The notes under the pieces: model-generated
Told to the model about the DNA's origin: nothing
The model's input: the letters and a program-made list of their open reading frames with translations, nothing else
Database searches by the model: none
Position numbers and translations under genes: made by a program
Part shown: one piece after another, positions 47,133 through 57,071 of the stretch
How positions within the stretch are numbered: the first letter of the stretch is position 1
How the letters are laid out: each line of letters begins with the position of its first letter
Assembly (NCBI GenBank): GCA_044352465.1
Contig: JBILDU010000005.1
Span: 1-58,471, forward strand
Direction: 5' to 3'
Length of the DNA: 58,471 nt
Origin: Bdellovibrionota bacterium
Lineage (GTDB): Bacteria > Bdellovibrionota_C > UBA2361

Positions 47133-47510
47133 ATGAGCGTTTATAAGCTGTCGATCTTTGCATGTCTTGGTGTCCTTCTCGTCGGTGTGGCAGCTCTCGC
47201 CGGCTGCCGACGAGATGAGACCGCCACAGAGACGGAAGCGGTCGGGGTGCCGTCTTCCGCTGAGAACGATCGCGGGTCCAGCCCGGCGAGTGCGGTGATT
47301 TCTCTATCCCCACGAGTGACGATGCAATCGGATGGACGGAGTGAGCCGAAACCGGTCTTAAAGATTGAGATGCTCGGCAGCTCGGGGGAGCAAAAAGCAC
47401 TCGATATCCCGGTGGAGGGGCTAAAGGATATCGGCTCGCAGGTGCGGTTCTCGGTTGAATTCGGTACCCCGGTACCGGGGGGCGCGAGTGGAACCACGTC
47501 GAGCCCCTAA
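47133..47510 (+). CDS. Putative lipoprotein
   Basis: Hydrophobic stretch followed by an LAGC lipobox. Confidence 0.6.
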   Translation: MSVYKLSIFACLGVLLVGVAALAGCRRDETATETEAVGVPSSAENDRGSSPASAVISLSPRVTMQSDGRSEPKPVLKIEMLGSSGEQKALDIPVEGLKDIGSQVRFSVEFGTPVPGGASGTTSSP

Positions 47511-47529
47511 TCCGGATTCGGAAAGTGAT

Positions 47530-48423
47530 ATGAAGAACGAGACTAATTCCGCTCTGCGCGGCATCATCCTGGCGGGTGGCTCGGGGACTCGACTGCATCC
47601 GATTACTCACGGCGTGAGTAAGCAGCTCCTTCCGATCTTTAATAAGCCGATGATTTATTACCCGCTCTCGAGCCTCATGCTCGCGGGGATCCGCGATGTC
47701 CTCGTGATCACGACACCTCACGACCAAGAGTCGTTTCAGCGGGTCCTCGGTAATGGGGCGTGGCTCGGGATGAATATCGAGTACGCAATCCAGCCCAGAC
47801 CTGAGGGGCTCGCGCAGGCTTTCCTGATCGGCGAGCGATTCATTGGGCGTGATCGTGTCGCGCTAGCACTCGGAGATAATATTTATTACGGCCACGGTTT
47901 GCCCGATCAATTCCGTTCGGCTGCGGCACGAACCGCCGGTGCAACGGTCTTCGGCTATGAAGTGAAAGATCCGGAGCGGTACGGAGTTGTCGAGTTCGAT
48001 GCGCACGGTCGCCCGGTTAATCTGATTGAGAAGCCCACGAAAGCTCCCTCGCCGTATGCGGTAACGGGGCTCTATTTCTATGATAACGAAGTTGTTTCGA
48101 TAGCTCAGAACCTTAAGCCCTCACCCCGGGGGGAGCTCGAGATTACCGATGTTAATCTCGCTTATTTGAAGGCGCAGAAACTTCATGTTGAGCGGCTCGG
48201 TCGTGGAGTGGCCTGGCTCGATACCGGTACCTATGAGTCGCTCCTGCAGGCCTCTGTTTTTGTCCAAGCGATCGAAGAGCGCCAGGGTCTCATGGTAGCG
48301 TGTGTTGAAGAGATCGCCTATCGGTTGGGTTACATCTCCGCCGAGAAGCTCTCGGAGCACGCTGAAAGCCTCAAGAAGAATGCGTACGGACAGTATCTGA
48401 AGCGATTGCTCCAGGGGGCCTAA
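47530..48423 (+). CDS. rfbA: Glucose-1-phosphate thymidylyltransferase
   Basis: [41 protein letters not shown]. Confidence 0.97.
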   Translation: MKNETNSALRGIILAGGSGTRLHPITHGVSKQLLPIFNKPMIYYPLSSLMLAGIRDVLVITTPHDQESFQRVLGNGAWLGMNIEYAIQPRPEGLAQAFLIGERFIGRDRVALALGDNIYYGHGLPDQFRSAAARTAGATVFGYEVKDPERYGVVEFDAHGRPVNLIEKPTKAPSPYAVTGLYFYDNEVVSIAQNLKPSPRGELEITDVNLAYLKAQKLHVERLGRGVAWLDTGTYESLLQASVFVQAIEERQGLMVACVEEIAYRLGYISAEKLSEHAESLKKNAYGQYLKRLLQGA

Positions 48424-48447
48424 AAAGAAGCGCCTCCGCCCCTGTTC

Positions 48448-49845
48448 CTATTTCCTAAGCCAGATCTGTTCACGTTCGTTGAAGGTCGCACGCTGAGCGA
48501 TCAATGAGCGAATTTCTGCGGCGTCGAAAAAAGGTAAGAGCGCTGCTAATTCGTCGGTGACCTGCTTCGCGGGTAGAGGCAGGGCGTTGAGAAGTCGGCG
48601 CACGACGAGCTCCGCTGCCTCGCCGGTCTTGGTATAGTAGCGTTCGCAAGTGCGTCCAAAGATCGTTGGATGCGTCGCTCCGAGTGCACTCAAGACTATC
48701 CGTCCCAGTCCGCTGTTCACTTCGAGGGGTAGAGGCTCCGCGGGGTAGGGGGAGAGGAGATGATCGAGGGTGATACCAGGGCCCTGGAGGGCGAGAAGCC
48801 AGCTCCGATATTCTCGCGGTGCCACCTCATGAAAAACCTTGGCAATCTTAGTATTTGCGCTCGCGAAAAGCTCGTTGGTAATAACTGGAGCGAGCTGCAG
48901 AACAGTTGCAACGACATCGTTTGTTGAATCCTGGCGAAACCAGGCTACGGCTATCTCCGGGGCGGTGACAGTTGCGGGGAGGTTCGCGAGGAGGCGCGCG
49001 AGCGGATGCTCGCTGTTGCCATACGTGGCGATGAGCGTCTCGAGGTACCGTAACGCCGCTACCGCGTGAGCGGGGAGTTTAGTGTTCGTTCGATCGGCAA
49101 ACGTGAGCTCCGGAGTGACGGAAATCTGTCGATTCGTTCGTGCCTGTTCCTCTCGCCCTGTGCTGGCATCGATATGTTTGCTCGGTGTAACACTCGCGCT
49201 GGCACGTTCGAGCGCGTGAACCACATTCAGTATTTTTGCTCCATTGAAAGAGCGTTTTTCGAGCATCACAGCGACCTTCATCTCGGTGATCTGTTGGAGG
49301 GTCAGCGCTTCCTCGAACGGAGCGCGGGGCCACCCCTCGTCCCAAAAATCGCCGAGGCGGGACAGCTTGATGCGATGAAAATTCGGTGCGTTCCTCAGCG
49401 CCGTGATCGCCGCCGTGAGGCGCTGCTCCGCCTCCACTGAACTCAGACGGGGTCCGTCCTGGCTGCTTGGGCGCTGTGTCTCTTGGGGCGGCGGGATCGG
49501 CTGGAGGGGGGCCGCCGGACCAGCCCCGAGATCGGAGAGGGTCTTTAAGAGCTGCTCATGGTCCTCCGGTGCGAGCATGGCGATATCCTCACCGAGTGAT
49601 TTGGAGTCACGCAGCCGCTCGCTCAGATCGCCCAAGGTGACCCCAGTGAGCGAGGTCGATTTTCGCGCGGCGGTAAACTCTGCAACGATCAGGTTCTTGA
49701 GAAAGTCGAATCGCGGCGAATCAGCGAGCCGGCTGATCGCTTCTTCAAGTTCACCTAAAAGAACGATGTCGGTTGGGAGACGCTTTTGACGGGAGCCTTT
49801 TCGGGCCTTCGTTGATGGGGGTGGGGGGGTCTTCTTGCGTGCCAT
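48448..49845 (-). CDS. Hypothetical protein with a possible RNAP alpha-CTD-like HhH segment
   Basis: LTLQQITEMKVAVMLEKRSFNGAKILNVVHAL weakly matches the alpha-CTD pattern. Confidence 0.5.
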   Translation of the reverse strand: MARKKTPPPPSTKARKGSRQKRLPTDIVLLGELEEAISRLADSPRFDFLKNLIVAEFTAARKSTSLTGVTLGDLSERLRDSKSLGEDIAMLAPEDHEQLLKTLSDLGAGPAAPLQPIPPPQETQRPSSQDGPRLSSVEAEQRLTAAITALRNAPNFHRIKLSRLGDFWDEGWPRAPFEEALTLQQITEMKVAVMLEKRSFNGAKILNVVHALERASASVTPSKHIDASTGREEQARTNRQISVTPELTFADRTNTKLPAHAVAALRYLETLIATYGNSEHPLARLLANLPATVTAPEIAVAWFRQDSTNDVVATVLQLAPVITNELFASANTKIAKVFHEVAPREYRSWLLALQGPGITLDHLLSPYPAEPLPLEVNSGLGRIVLSALGATHPTIFGRTCERYYTKTGEAAELVVRRLLNALPLPAKQVTDELAALLPFFDAAEIRSLIAQRATFNEREQIWLRK

Positions 49846-49940
49846 GCGAATCACAAGGGTTGGTGGATTGCGGGGGCTCGTTAAGCCAGCGATTTGGCTT
49901 TATCTTACCGCAGGACCGGTTCCTTACGCACCGCTCTTCT

Positions 49941-50384
49941 TTAAGCTCGTAGCGGCACAACGGCGAGGGTGCAGCGCGACATACAGACGAGCTCCCCAGC
50001 CTCCGTGGACAGTCGAATCTCCCAAACTTGAGTCGAACGGCCCCGATGAACAGGCAGAGCTACGCCACGAACGATACCGTCGCGAACCCCCTTCATGTGG
50101 TTGGCGTTTATCTCGATTCCAACCACTGCGAATCTGGTTTCGTCTACGTTGAGCCAACCGCCCACCGATGCAAGCGACTCAGCGAGCACCACCGAGGCTC
50201 CCCCATGAAGGAGACCAAACGGTTGTTTCGTGCGTGAGTCGACCGGAATCGTTGCAACGACACGCTCAGTATCGAGCTCCTCGTACACCATGCCAATTGT
50301 ATGGCCAAGGGTCTCGTTCGAACGAGCCTTCAGCCAGGCTACTTTGGCCTCGAGTTCGGACTTTACCTTCGCCTTGAATTCCAT
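49941..50384 (-). CDS. PaaI/MenI-like hotdog thioesterase
   Basis: QPFGLLHGGASVVLAES; GIEINANH; GRSTQVW. Confidence 0.92.
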   Translation of the reverse strand: MEFKAKVKSELEAKVAWLKARSNETLGHTIGMVYEELDTERVVATIPVDSRTKQPFGLLHGGASVVLAESLASVGGWLNVDETRFAVVGIEINANHMKGVRDGIVRGVALPVHRGRSTQVWEIRLSTEAGELVCMSRCTLAVVPLRA

Positions 50385-50459
50385 ATGGAACACGATAGAC
50401 TGCCTGATATCGAAAGGAAAGCATGGTAGTGCGAAGCCGGTAACGGAGGATTTTTCGAG

Positions 50460-51224
50460 ATGGTCAATGAGCTTGGAGCGGTAACGACTGCGGTGACAGA
50501 AAGGGTCGCAACGGTGTCGTTTTTTCACCCTCGTAGCAACTCGCTCCCGGGGGCTTTGTTACGCCAAATCGCAGCAGCGATCGATCAAGTTGGGGAAGAT
50601 GCGGCGGTTAAAGTTGTGGTGCTGAAGAGTGAGGGCGATAAGGCTTTCTGCGCAGGTGCCTCGTTCGATGAGCTGTGTGCGGTTAAAAATCTCGAGGAAG
50701 CAAAGTATTTTTTTAGCGGCTTTGCCACCTTAATCCTGGCGATCCGTCGGTGTCCCAAGTTCGTTATCTGTCGGGTGCAAGGTAAGGTTGCTGGAGGTGG
50801 GGTCGGTGTCGCGGCGGCTGCGGATTATACCTTAGCAACGGCGACGGCTTCCGCACGTCTGAGCGAGTTGGCGATCGGAATCGGTCCATTTATTATCGGT
50901 CCAGTCGTTGAACGTAAGATCGGATCGGCTGCATTCGGGGAGATGGCCATAGACGCGGATTGGCGCGAGGCGTCTTGGGCGAAGGCGCGTGGCTTGTATG
51001 TAGACATCTATCCATCGATCGAAGAACTTGACACCGCCGTCGCCGCGATGGCGCGTCGGCTCGCGGGCTACCATGGCGCCGCGATGGGTCACTTGAAGAC
51101 GGTTCTGTGGGAGGGCACCGCGCACTGGCCGGAGCTGTTGCCGGCGCGTGCTGCGATCACAAGTGAGCTTGCCCTGACCGATTTTGTGCAGCAGACGGTG
51201 GCGGGGCTCAAGGGGGGCGCGTAG
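50460..51224 (+). CDS. Enoyl-CoA hydratase/isomerase family protein
   Basis: AFCAGAS; GKVAGGGVG; LSELAIG. Confidence 0.9.
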   Translation: MVNELGAVTTAVTERVATVSFFHPRSNSLPGALLRQIAAAIDQVGEDAAVKVVVLKSEGDKAFCAGASFDELCAVKNLEEAKYFFSGFATLILAIRRCPKFVICRVQGKVAGGGVGVAAAADYTLATATASARLSELAIGIGPFIIGPVVERKIGSAAFGEMAIDADWREASWAKARGLYVDIYPSIEELDTAVAAMARRLAGYHGAAMGHLKTVLWEGTAHWPELLPARAAITSELALTDFVQQTVAGLKGGA

Positions 51225-51434
51225 TTCCACAGAGCGCGCACCGTTAACTCTCTCTGTCTCCGCGCGGACTTCTCGAGCCACTCGTCAGGAGGCGATCGAT
51301 CGAAAATACGATCACACCGTTGAGAGCCCTCACAGGATGATCGGGCAATTCCAGCTCTCGCGGGCTTAGAAGAGTCTCTCGTAAGCACCGCGTAGATCAG
51401 AGAGTCCTCGTAAGATGCGGAGATCGTCCGTGCG

Positions 51435-52328
51435 TCAACGGAGGTCGAGTTCGGCGGCGGCAGCTCGGTCGACAATAAAAGTCACCTCGGGATGGAGTTG
51501 GAGGTACGATGCGGGGCAAGCTGAATTCACCGGACCGGTGAGCGCCGCTCTCACTGCCGCAGCTTTGCCCGCTCCGCTCGCAAAGAGCACGATGCGCTTG
51601 GCTTCCAGGATAGTTGCGATTCCCATGGTGAGCGCATATCCGGGTACCTCGTCCAGGGAGCCAAAGAATCGCGCGTTCACCCTCCGAGTAGCTTCGTCGA
51701 GTTTCACCACGCGGGTTCGTGACCATGGAGATGCCCCCGGCTCGTTGAATGCGATGTGCCCGTTTTGACCGATTCCAAGAATCTGAAGATCGATCCCTCC
51801 CGCTTTCACGATCGCTTGCTCGTAGCTGAGGCAAGCCTCACCGATCCGTTTGTCGGCTGCGGCTGGTACAAAAGTTTGGCCCCACCGGGCCCCTTCAATT
51901 GGGGTCAACGTCAGATCAACATGCTGAAAAAGCTTCTCGAGCATGAAGCGACGGTAGCTTTGGGGGTGCTCCGCCTCGAGCGGAAAATATTCATCGAGGT
52001 TGAAGGTCGTAGCGTTTTGAAAGGAGAGTTTTCCCGCTTGGAATCGGCGAATCACCTCGGGGTAGAGCGATTCCATCGTTCCGCCGGTGGCGAGTCCGAG
52101 CACAGCGTTGGGCTTTTCCCGAAGCGTTTTCTCGAATTCGTCAGCACCTTTCAGCGCCATCGCTCGAGCATCGGGAACGATGATCAGCTTGACGTTTTGA
52201 GTTTGAGGATTTGCGGCGTTCATATTGGTGCGAGCTGGACCAAGGAGCTCAAACGCTGCCGGGCGCGGGGGCAGTGTGGCGTTGGTGAATGCAGCGGTTA
52301 CCGTTGTGGTGATATGCGGTGTCGTCAT
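51435..52328 (-). CDS. nagB: Glucosamine-6-phosphate deaminase, with N-terminal extension
   Basis: LGLATGGT; FNLDEY; GIGQNGHIAFNEPG; TMGI; PASYLQLH; GGAG RBS before ATG 52328. Confidence 0.93.
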   Translation of the reverse strand: MTTPHITTTVTAAFTNATLPPRPAAFELLGPARTNMNAANPQTQNVKLIIVPDARAMALKGADEFEKTLREKPNAVLGLATGGTMESLYPEVIRRFQAGKLSFQNATTFNLDEYFPLEAEHPQSYRRFMLEKLFQHVDLTLTPIEGARWGQTFVPAAADKRIGEACLSYEQAIVKAGGIDLQILGIGQNGHIAFNEPGASPWSRTRVVKLDEATRRVNARFFGSLDEVPGYALTMGIATILEAKRIVLFASGAGKAAAVRAALTGPVNSACPASYLQLHPEVTFIVDRAAAAELDLR

Positions 52329-52434
52329 GGAGCCTCCTCAGGGAGTGTAACGTAGAAGCGGGTAGGGGGAAATCCGTCACCATTCGTTCGGTGTATTTTG
52401 AGTCAGCGGATTTCTCCGATCCCGTCCCGTCAGT

Positions 52435-52468
52435 TTTATCACCTGCGAGAGTTTATCACCTGCGAGAG
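52435..52468. repeat. Perfect 17-bp tandem repeat upstream of nagB
   Basis: TTTATCACCTGCGAGAG twice. Confidence 0.8.
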
Positions 52469-52627
52469 GTTTTTCGGGCAGGCTCGTGCGCTTTCAATAG
52501 GTTTTTTCACCATGCAGCGTGAAAGGCGCACTCGTTTTTTAGCGGCTTTCCCCCGGACCTCCTGTCCTGCGGAAAGCACGCTCCAAGCTTCGAAAAGGCC
52601 GATAACGGGCCTGTTCTACGCGTCGCT

Positions 52628-52687
52628 CCAGCCGCCTTCGCTCCGCTACGGCGGCTGCCCGGCCATCCCTGGCCGGGCTCGTGACTC
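52628..52687. repeat. REP-like double hairpin
   Basis: cagccgcc..ggcggctg and gcccggcca..tggccgggc stems. Confidence 0.6.
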
Positions 52688-52722
52688 TCTCAGAAAGTGA
52701 AAAAACTTTCTGAAAGAGTCAC
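52681..52722 (-). terminator. Long hairpin overlapping the stop of the 709-aa gene
   Basis: gtgactctctcagaaagt/actttctgaaagagtcac, 18-bp stem with one mismatch on the + strand. Confidence 0.6.
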
Positions 52723-54848
52723 TCGTCACCGGGGGGTCGCTCAGAAGTGCGGATAAGCGTTCGAAGAGCGGGATCGGAGGGGACCTCGGCAACGATTCGC
52801 TCTAGCGGAGCGGTATCGAGGAGAGCTGTCAGTTTCTGACAGATCGGCGCGAGGGTTTGAGGATCACACCACCCTTCGATCTCTGGCCGAGCCTCCTCAC
52901 GGAGGCGTCGTCGGGTAATCTGATCAAGGTCACGCGCAAACGCCAGCCCCATCGAGGCGACTGATAGATCCAGATTCGCACGATCGAGGAGTGTCTTTTG
53001 GAGTGAAAGCGGTATGCCAAGTTGCCACAGTTGAAGCTGATGCTGCAACCGTACCGCGATCTCACGGAGTTTCACGGGGTCGAACGCCGTAATCTTAAAC
53101 TCCCCGCTGGAGACATCGACCGTCAAAACGCCTCGTCGTTCAAGTTCCTGAAGGACACCAAGGGTCGCTCGCTCAAGCGCTCCCGCCCCTCCTGAGCGGA
53201 GCGCCAGCAGGGCTTCGTACCCCGCCAGGATGTTGAGAACTAGTTGAGCCGTTGCGGGATCATAGCGGGTGGCATTCCCCACCGCCCCGGCGATCACGTA
53301 GGCGTGAGCGGCGATGTCTCCAGGAAGTCCCGAGATGTAGCGCGCATCGGAGTCGGCTGTGTTCGCTGCCTTGAGGCTGTCGGCGATAATACTGGCTCGG
53401 GCGAGCTCGTCGATGAGCGTTGGGGGAATCTCGCGGAGGGATGCCATCGCGTGGGTCACACCGAGGGGAACTACGTTGACGAAAACAGGTCGTTTAATGA
53501 ATTCGACCGTTTGCTCGGCTGAGCCGAGAGCGTTCTCCCGCGGAGCAACCGGCGTTATCGATTCTTCGCGTGAGGCGGCTCCGTAGCGGGCGGCTCCGGC
53601 GCTGTCCAAAAGACGCAGGAAGGGTGTTTGCACTTCGGGGGAGCCGAAACCGTGCGGGAACGAGGTCGGGGGTAGGTCGAAGCCTTGTGCCCGCACTTCC
53701 TCGGCGGGGAGATATTGGGCGATGATGAGTTGGAAATTTCGTTTCTCTCCGACGAGAGCAACCATCTCGCCACAGTTAAACTGAACATCGAGAACGGTGT
53801 TGGAGTGGGTCGTGTCGATCCATGCTTCGCTCGGCAGGCCCCACTGTGGGGTGGTACTCGGAGCTAGGCACCAGCCGACTTGGCTTTTGATAAGCTCTCG
53901 CAGCGGCGTTGCTTCGGCGGGCAGGAGATTTTCAGCGGTCAAAAGATGGCCGCTCAGACGAGTGAGCTCCGCGCGGAACTCACCCGAATAGGGGACCACC
54001 GTAATTTCGGGAGCAAGGCCAGGGCGGATCTCGATATAGACGCGGGTGCACGGATCAAAGGCTCCGTGGGCTTTCGCAAGAAGGTCCTCAAGGGTAGCCT
54101 CTTGAGCGGTGAGAATCTCACGACTGAGCGTTTCATAAGTCGATAGTTCCGCGGGGGAGATGTCGCCGGTCGCGATAGCCGTTTCAAATATCGAGCGGAG
54201 CTCTGCGGTGGTGCGCGCAATCTTTGGGTGGTGCGCCTCAACAGCCTCACAAAAGTGATCCCAGTCAGAGCGCGCTTTAAAAACAAAGTGGCCTTGGCCG
54301 ATCGAGGGGCGCGGATCGTAGAGATGGGTTAAGACGGTGGCGAGATCGAAGTGGGGGTGTTGCAACTCGGGGACATTGGCGAGAGCGGTCGCTAGTGCCT
54401 CTCGAGGCACCGGTGGGATAATAACCGCGCCGCTCACACAATCAATCGCGCCACCGGCAGAGAGGATTCGGTAGAGGTAGCCATCGAGCTTGGTGGTCAG
54501 TTGAGCGGGAAGAGCAGTACGGTGTTCGATGATTCCACGAACAAGCCCGATCGTTTTTCCATCCAGTGGATCCATTAAGCGATCGGCGAGCGATTGGGTG
54601 AGGCGGGCCGCCTCGGACATAACCTTCACGGCGGCGTTGTATTCATTCGCGGTTTGAGGATCGCGGGGAACGAACTCCGTATTCGGTACAAGTGCGACTC
54701 GCACCGTCTCCCCCGAAACTTTGAAGACCGCTGAGGATTGGGTAGGGCTACGCACACTCGACCAGGCGAGCTCGGCTCGATTCGGTTGATCGGTCGCAAC
54801 AACCTTAAGGTCGACGAGATCGTTTGACGCCGTTACCATGACAGGCAC
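52719..54848 (-). CDS. Degenerate peptidase M49 (DPP III/NUDT3-like) homologue
   Basis: VVPYSGEF..L..LSGHLLTA; EAWID..LDV; GEKRNFQ; KRPVFVNV; no HExxH motif. Confidence 0.55.
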   Translation of the reverse strand: MPVMVTASNDLVDLKVVATDQPNRAELAWSSVRSPTQSSAVFKVSGETVRVALVPNTEFVPRDPQTANEYNAAVKVMSEAARLTQSLADRLMDPLDGKTIGLVRGIIEHRTALPAQLTTKLDGYLYRILSAGGAIDCVSGAVIIPPVPREALATALANVPELQHPHFDLATVLTHLYDPRPSIGQGHFVFKARSDWDHFCEAVEAHHPKIARTTAELRSIFETAIATGDISPAELSTYETLSREILTAQEATLEDLLAKAHGAFDPCTRVYIEIRPGLAPEITVVPYSGEFRAELTRLSGHLLTAENLLPAEATPLRELIKSQVGWCLAPSTTPQWGLPSEAWIDTTHSNTVLDVQFNCGEMVALVGEKRNFQLIIAQYLPAEEVRAQGFDLPPTSFPHGFGSPEVQTPFLRLLDSAGAARYGAASREESITPVAPRENALGSAEQTVEFIKRPVFVNVVPLGVTHAMASLREIPPTLIDELARASIIADSLKAANTADSDARYISGLPGDIAAHAYVIAGAVGNATRYDPATAQLVLNILAGYEALLALRSGGAGALERATLGVLQELERRGVLTVDVSSGEFKITAFDPVKLREIAVRLQHQLQLWQLGIPLSLQKTLLDRANLDLSVASMGLAFARDLDQITRRRLREEARPEIEGWCDPQTLAPICQKLTALLDTAPLERIVAEVPSDPALRTLIRTSERPPGDE

Positions 54849-55097
54849 CTTGGGGTGGGTGAAGGCCGCCTTCGACCACGGGTTACACGCGCGGATTTCT
54901 TGTTCGGTGGGTGTGGAGGAGCTGATGCGCTTTTACAGCACCGAGGTACCCGCCACTCTGGCCGGTCCGAAAAGAGCATCCGCAACACTCTGATTGTACT
55001 GATGTTTCGTTCTAAAGTCACCGCGGTGCCCCGTGCGGTTCGAGCGGATCGCCTAACTAGCTGATGACGTTTGATTTTCAGTTTTTTGTCGCCCTCA

Positions 55098-56597
55098 TCA
55101 GCCGAGCTTGAGGCACTCGTTGAAGGTCTGAGAGATCGCCTTAAAGTGGACCATGAAAGCGGCTGAGCTTTGGAGAAAGCTTTCCCGCGGAACCTCGAGG
55201 TAAACCACGCCAACCCGCTGCGAGTATCCGAGCACTCCGGCGATCGACACGATTCGATGCTCTTGAACGGTGTATTCGGTGGTGATCGGAGTAATACTCT
55301 CAAACGCTCGGGCCACCGGTTCGGAAAGCACCTGCGCATCGATCCACTCGTTCGACTGTCCGTGGCGTTGTCCGAAAAGAAGCTGAGGCACGAGTCGTAA
55401 CACCGCCGGCTCGATCGTGTAGACAATGCCGCCGCTAAAGCCGGCAGACGGGATAATCTCGTGGGCGAGTGTCGCGATCTGTTGCTGCGATATGACCGGC
55501 GATCGGGCGAGCTCTTCGTAGAACGCCGTGAGTCGCTTCTCGAGGTGTGGTCGACATTGTGCGATGTATGGATTGCGCTGAATAAGGCCGGTGTGGCGAT
55601 GAGAATATTGACGATACTCCGGGTCGAGCATCGTTCCCCCGCGAAAGATCGCGCGCACGACGCCGACGTACCCAGCACAACTCTCGAGGAATATCGTTCG
55701 AATAACCCGTAAACCGTCGGGCCCGAGTTGCTGAGAGATGATCGGCTCCGCGTGGTCCCAGTCTTTTTCCGCCGATGGATAAACTTCAGGGTGATTCGCT
55801 CGGGCAAGCGCCTCGGCGACGGTGCAGATGCTTGCAAAAGTAGGTGCCGCTGTTGCACCCAAGAGCGCCTCGCTTTCGAACCAGTCCGGCTCGACCGGTG
55901 CGATCGCGCTCACGAGTTCGGTATGGAGTCCCCAGCTTTCGAGAATGCGTATCGCGAGGAGCGCGGGGGAGTAACCTAAGATCTCGGTGATCGCGATGTC
56001 CAGATCCCCGGTCTTATCGAGCGACTGAATCGCGTTTTCATAGACGGTGGGATAGTTCCACGCGATTAAGGTGAGGCCGAGCTGCCGGAGGAGCGCGGCT
56101 GAAAAACAAGCATTCCCATCGAGATTGTGGCTCGAGGCGAGAACCTGCGCCGTGCTGGCGCTCAGGAGCGCTTCCTCGAGTCGACTTTGCTGCAGAGGGG
56201 TAATCGTCTTGAGGCGATGGAGTGAAAGCTCGCTCTCCTCAACGCTGAGAATCTCTTTGAGGCTCTCGATACCGGCTCCGAGAAATAGATCCTTGGGACT
56301 TACCGGAACCTCCGCCCCAACCGCTTGAAGCATCGCTCTGAGTTCGCGCAGGCAGTACAGAAAGAGGGAAAAGTCTTGGCGCACGTCGGTAAAGAGCGCC
56401 GCGACATTTTGGTCGTACATGCCGCGGGAGAGATCGTCTTTGATACGGCCGAGCAATTCCGGATTCACCGGAAACCAACGGTCCGACACATAGTCGACCG
56501 CCCGTTTCACCCGTCGTTCGGCAAACGACCTTTCGCGTGATTTGTTGTCCATGAGCCATTCCACTCCGCAGGGGGTACCTTCGTGGGATTGAGCCAC
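55098..56597 (-). CDS. HDOD-domain protein (degenerate HD) with a C-terminal GAF-like region
   Basis: CFSAALLRQLG replaces GLLHDIG; EILGYS..LA..ILESWGL..ELVSAI. Confidence 0.65.
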   Translation of the reverse strand: MAQSHEGTPCGVEWLMDNKSRERSFAERRVKRAVDYVSDRWFPVNPELLGRIKDDLSRGMYDQNVAALFTDVRQDFSLFLYCLRELRAMLQAVGAEVPVSPKDLFLGAGIESLKEILSVEESELSLHRLKTITPLQQSRLEEALLSASTAQVLASSHNLDGNACFSAALLRQLGLTLIAWNYPTVYENAIQSLDKTGDLDIAITEILGYSPALLAIRILESWGLHTELVSAIAPVEPDWFESEALLGATAAPTFASICTVAEALARANHPEVYPSAEKDWDHAEPIISQQLGPDGLRVIRTIFLESCAGYVGVVRAIFRGGTMLDPEYRQYSHRHTGLIQRNPYIAQCRPHLEKRLTAFYEELARSPVISQQQIATLAHEIIPSAGFSGGIVYTIEPAVLRLVPQLLFGQRHGQSNEWIDAQVLSEPVARAFESITPITTEYTVQEHRIVSIAGVLGYSQRVGVVYLEVPRESFLQSSAAFMVHFKAISQTFNECLKLG

Positions 56598-57071
56598 TCA
56601 ATCCCACGGCGAGCGTCCCCTGTCATAGGCCGCCGGGTTCAGCACCGACCTGCCCAGTGGGACAATCGGCACTTTCGGTCCGAAGAATGAGCGGATAAAT
56701 GGGGTGCCGTTTTATATTTACACCGAATTCGTAATAACCTGATTTTGCTGTATTTTTAGTTGTTTGCGCGGGGTTTCAGGAGGGTAAAGCTCTGCAGTTT
56801 GTTCATACCGCTGAGTAGGGTCCTTCCTTGGGCTCGGCTGGTGGGGGTCCTAAGCGGGTATTAGAGCCGCGATAATCGATCTCCCGGTCGATTCTCGCAA
56901 CGCCACGGTTGGAACGGGGATTGCTCCCTCGTCTATCGCTGCATGATTGCGTTTGCTCCTACACCGACGACGGGGTGGAAGCGTTGCGAGAGTGCCAGTC
57001 CCTCCATTCGCAGAGTTCCGTTGCTCAATTCGTTGGGGCGGTGTCGCGTTGTCCACGGCACCGCCCCTTTT

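Noticed and set aside
54833..55858. 341-aa minus-strand ORF
   Set aside because: Ser/Arg-rich alternative frame overlapping the HDOD gene; no motifs
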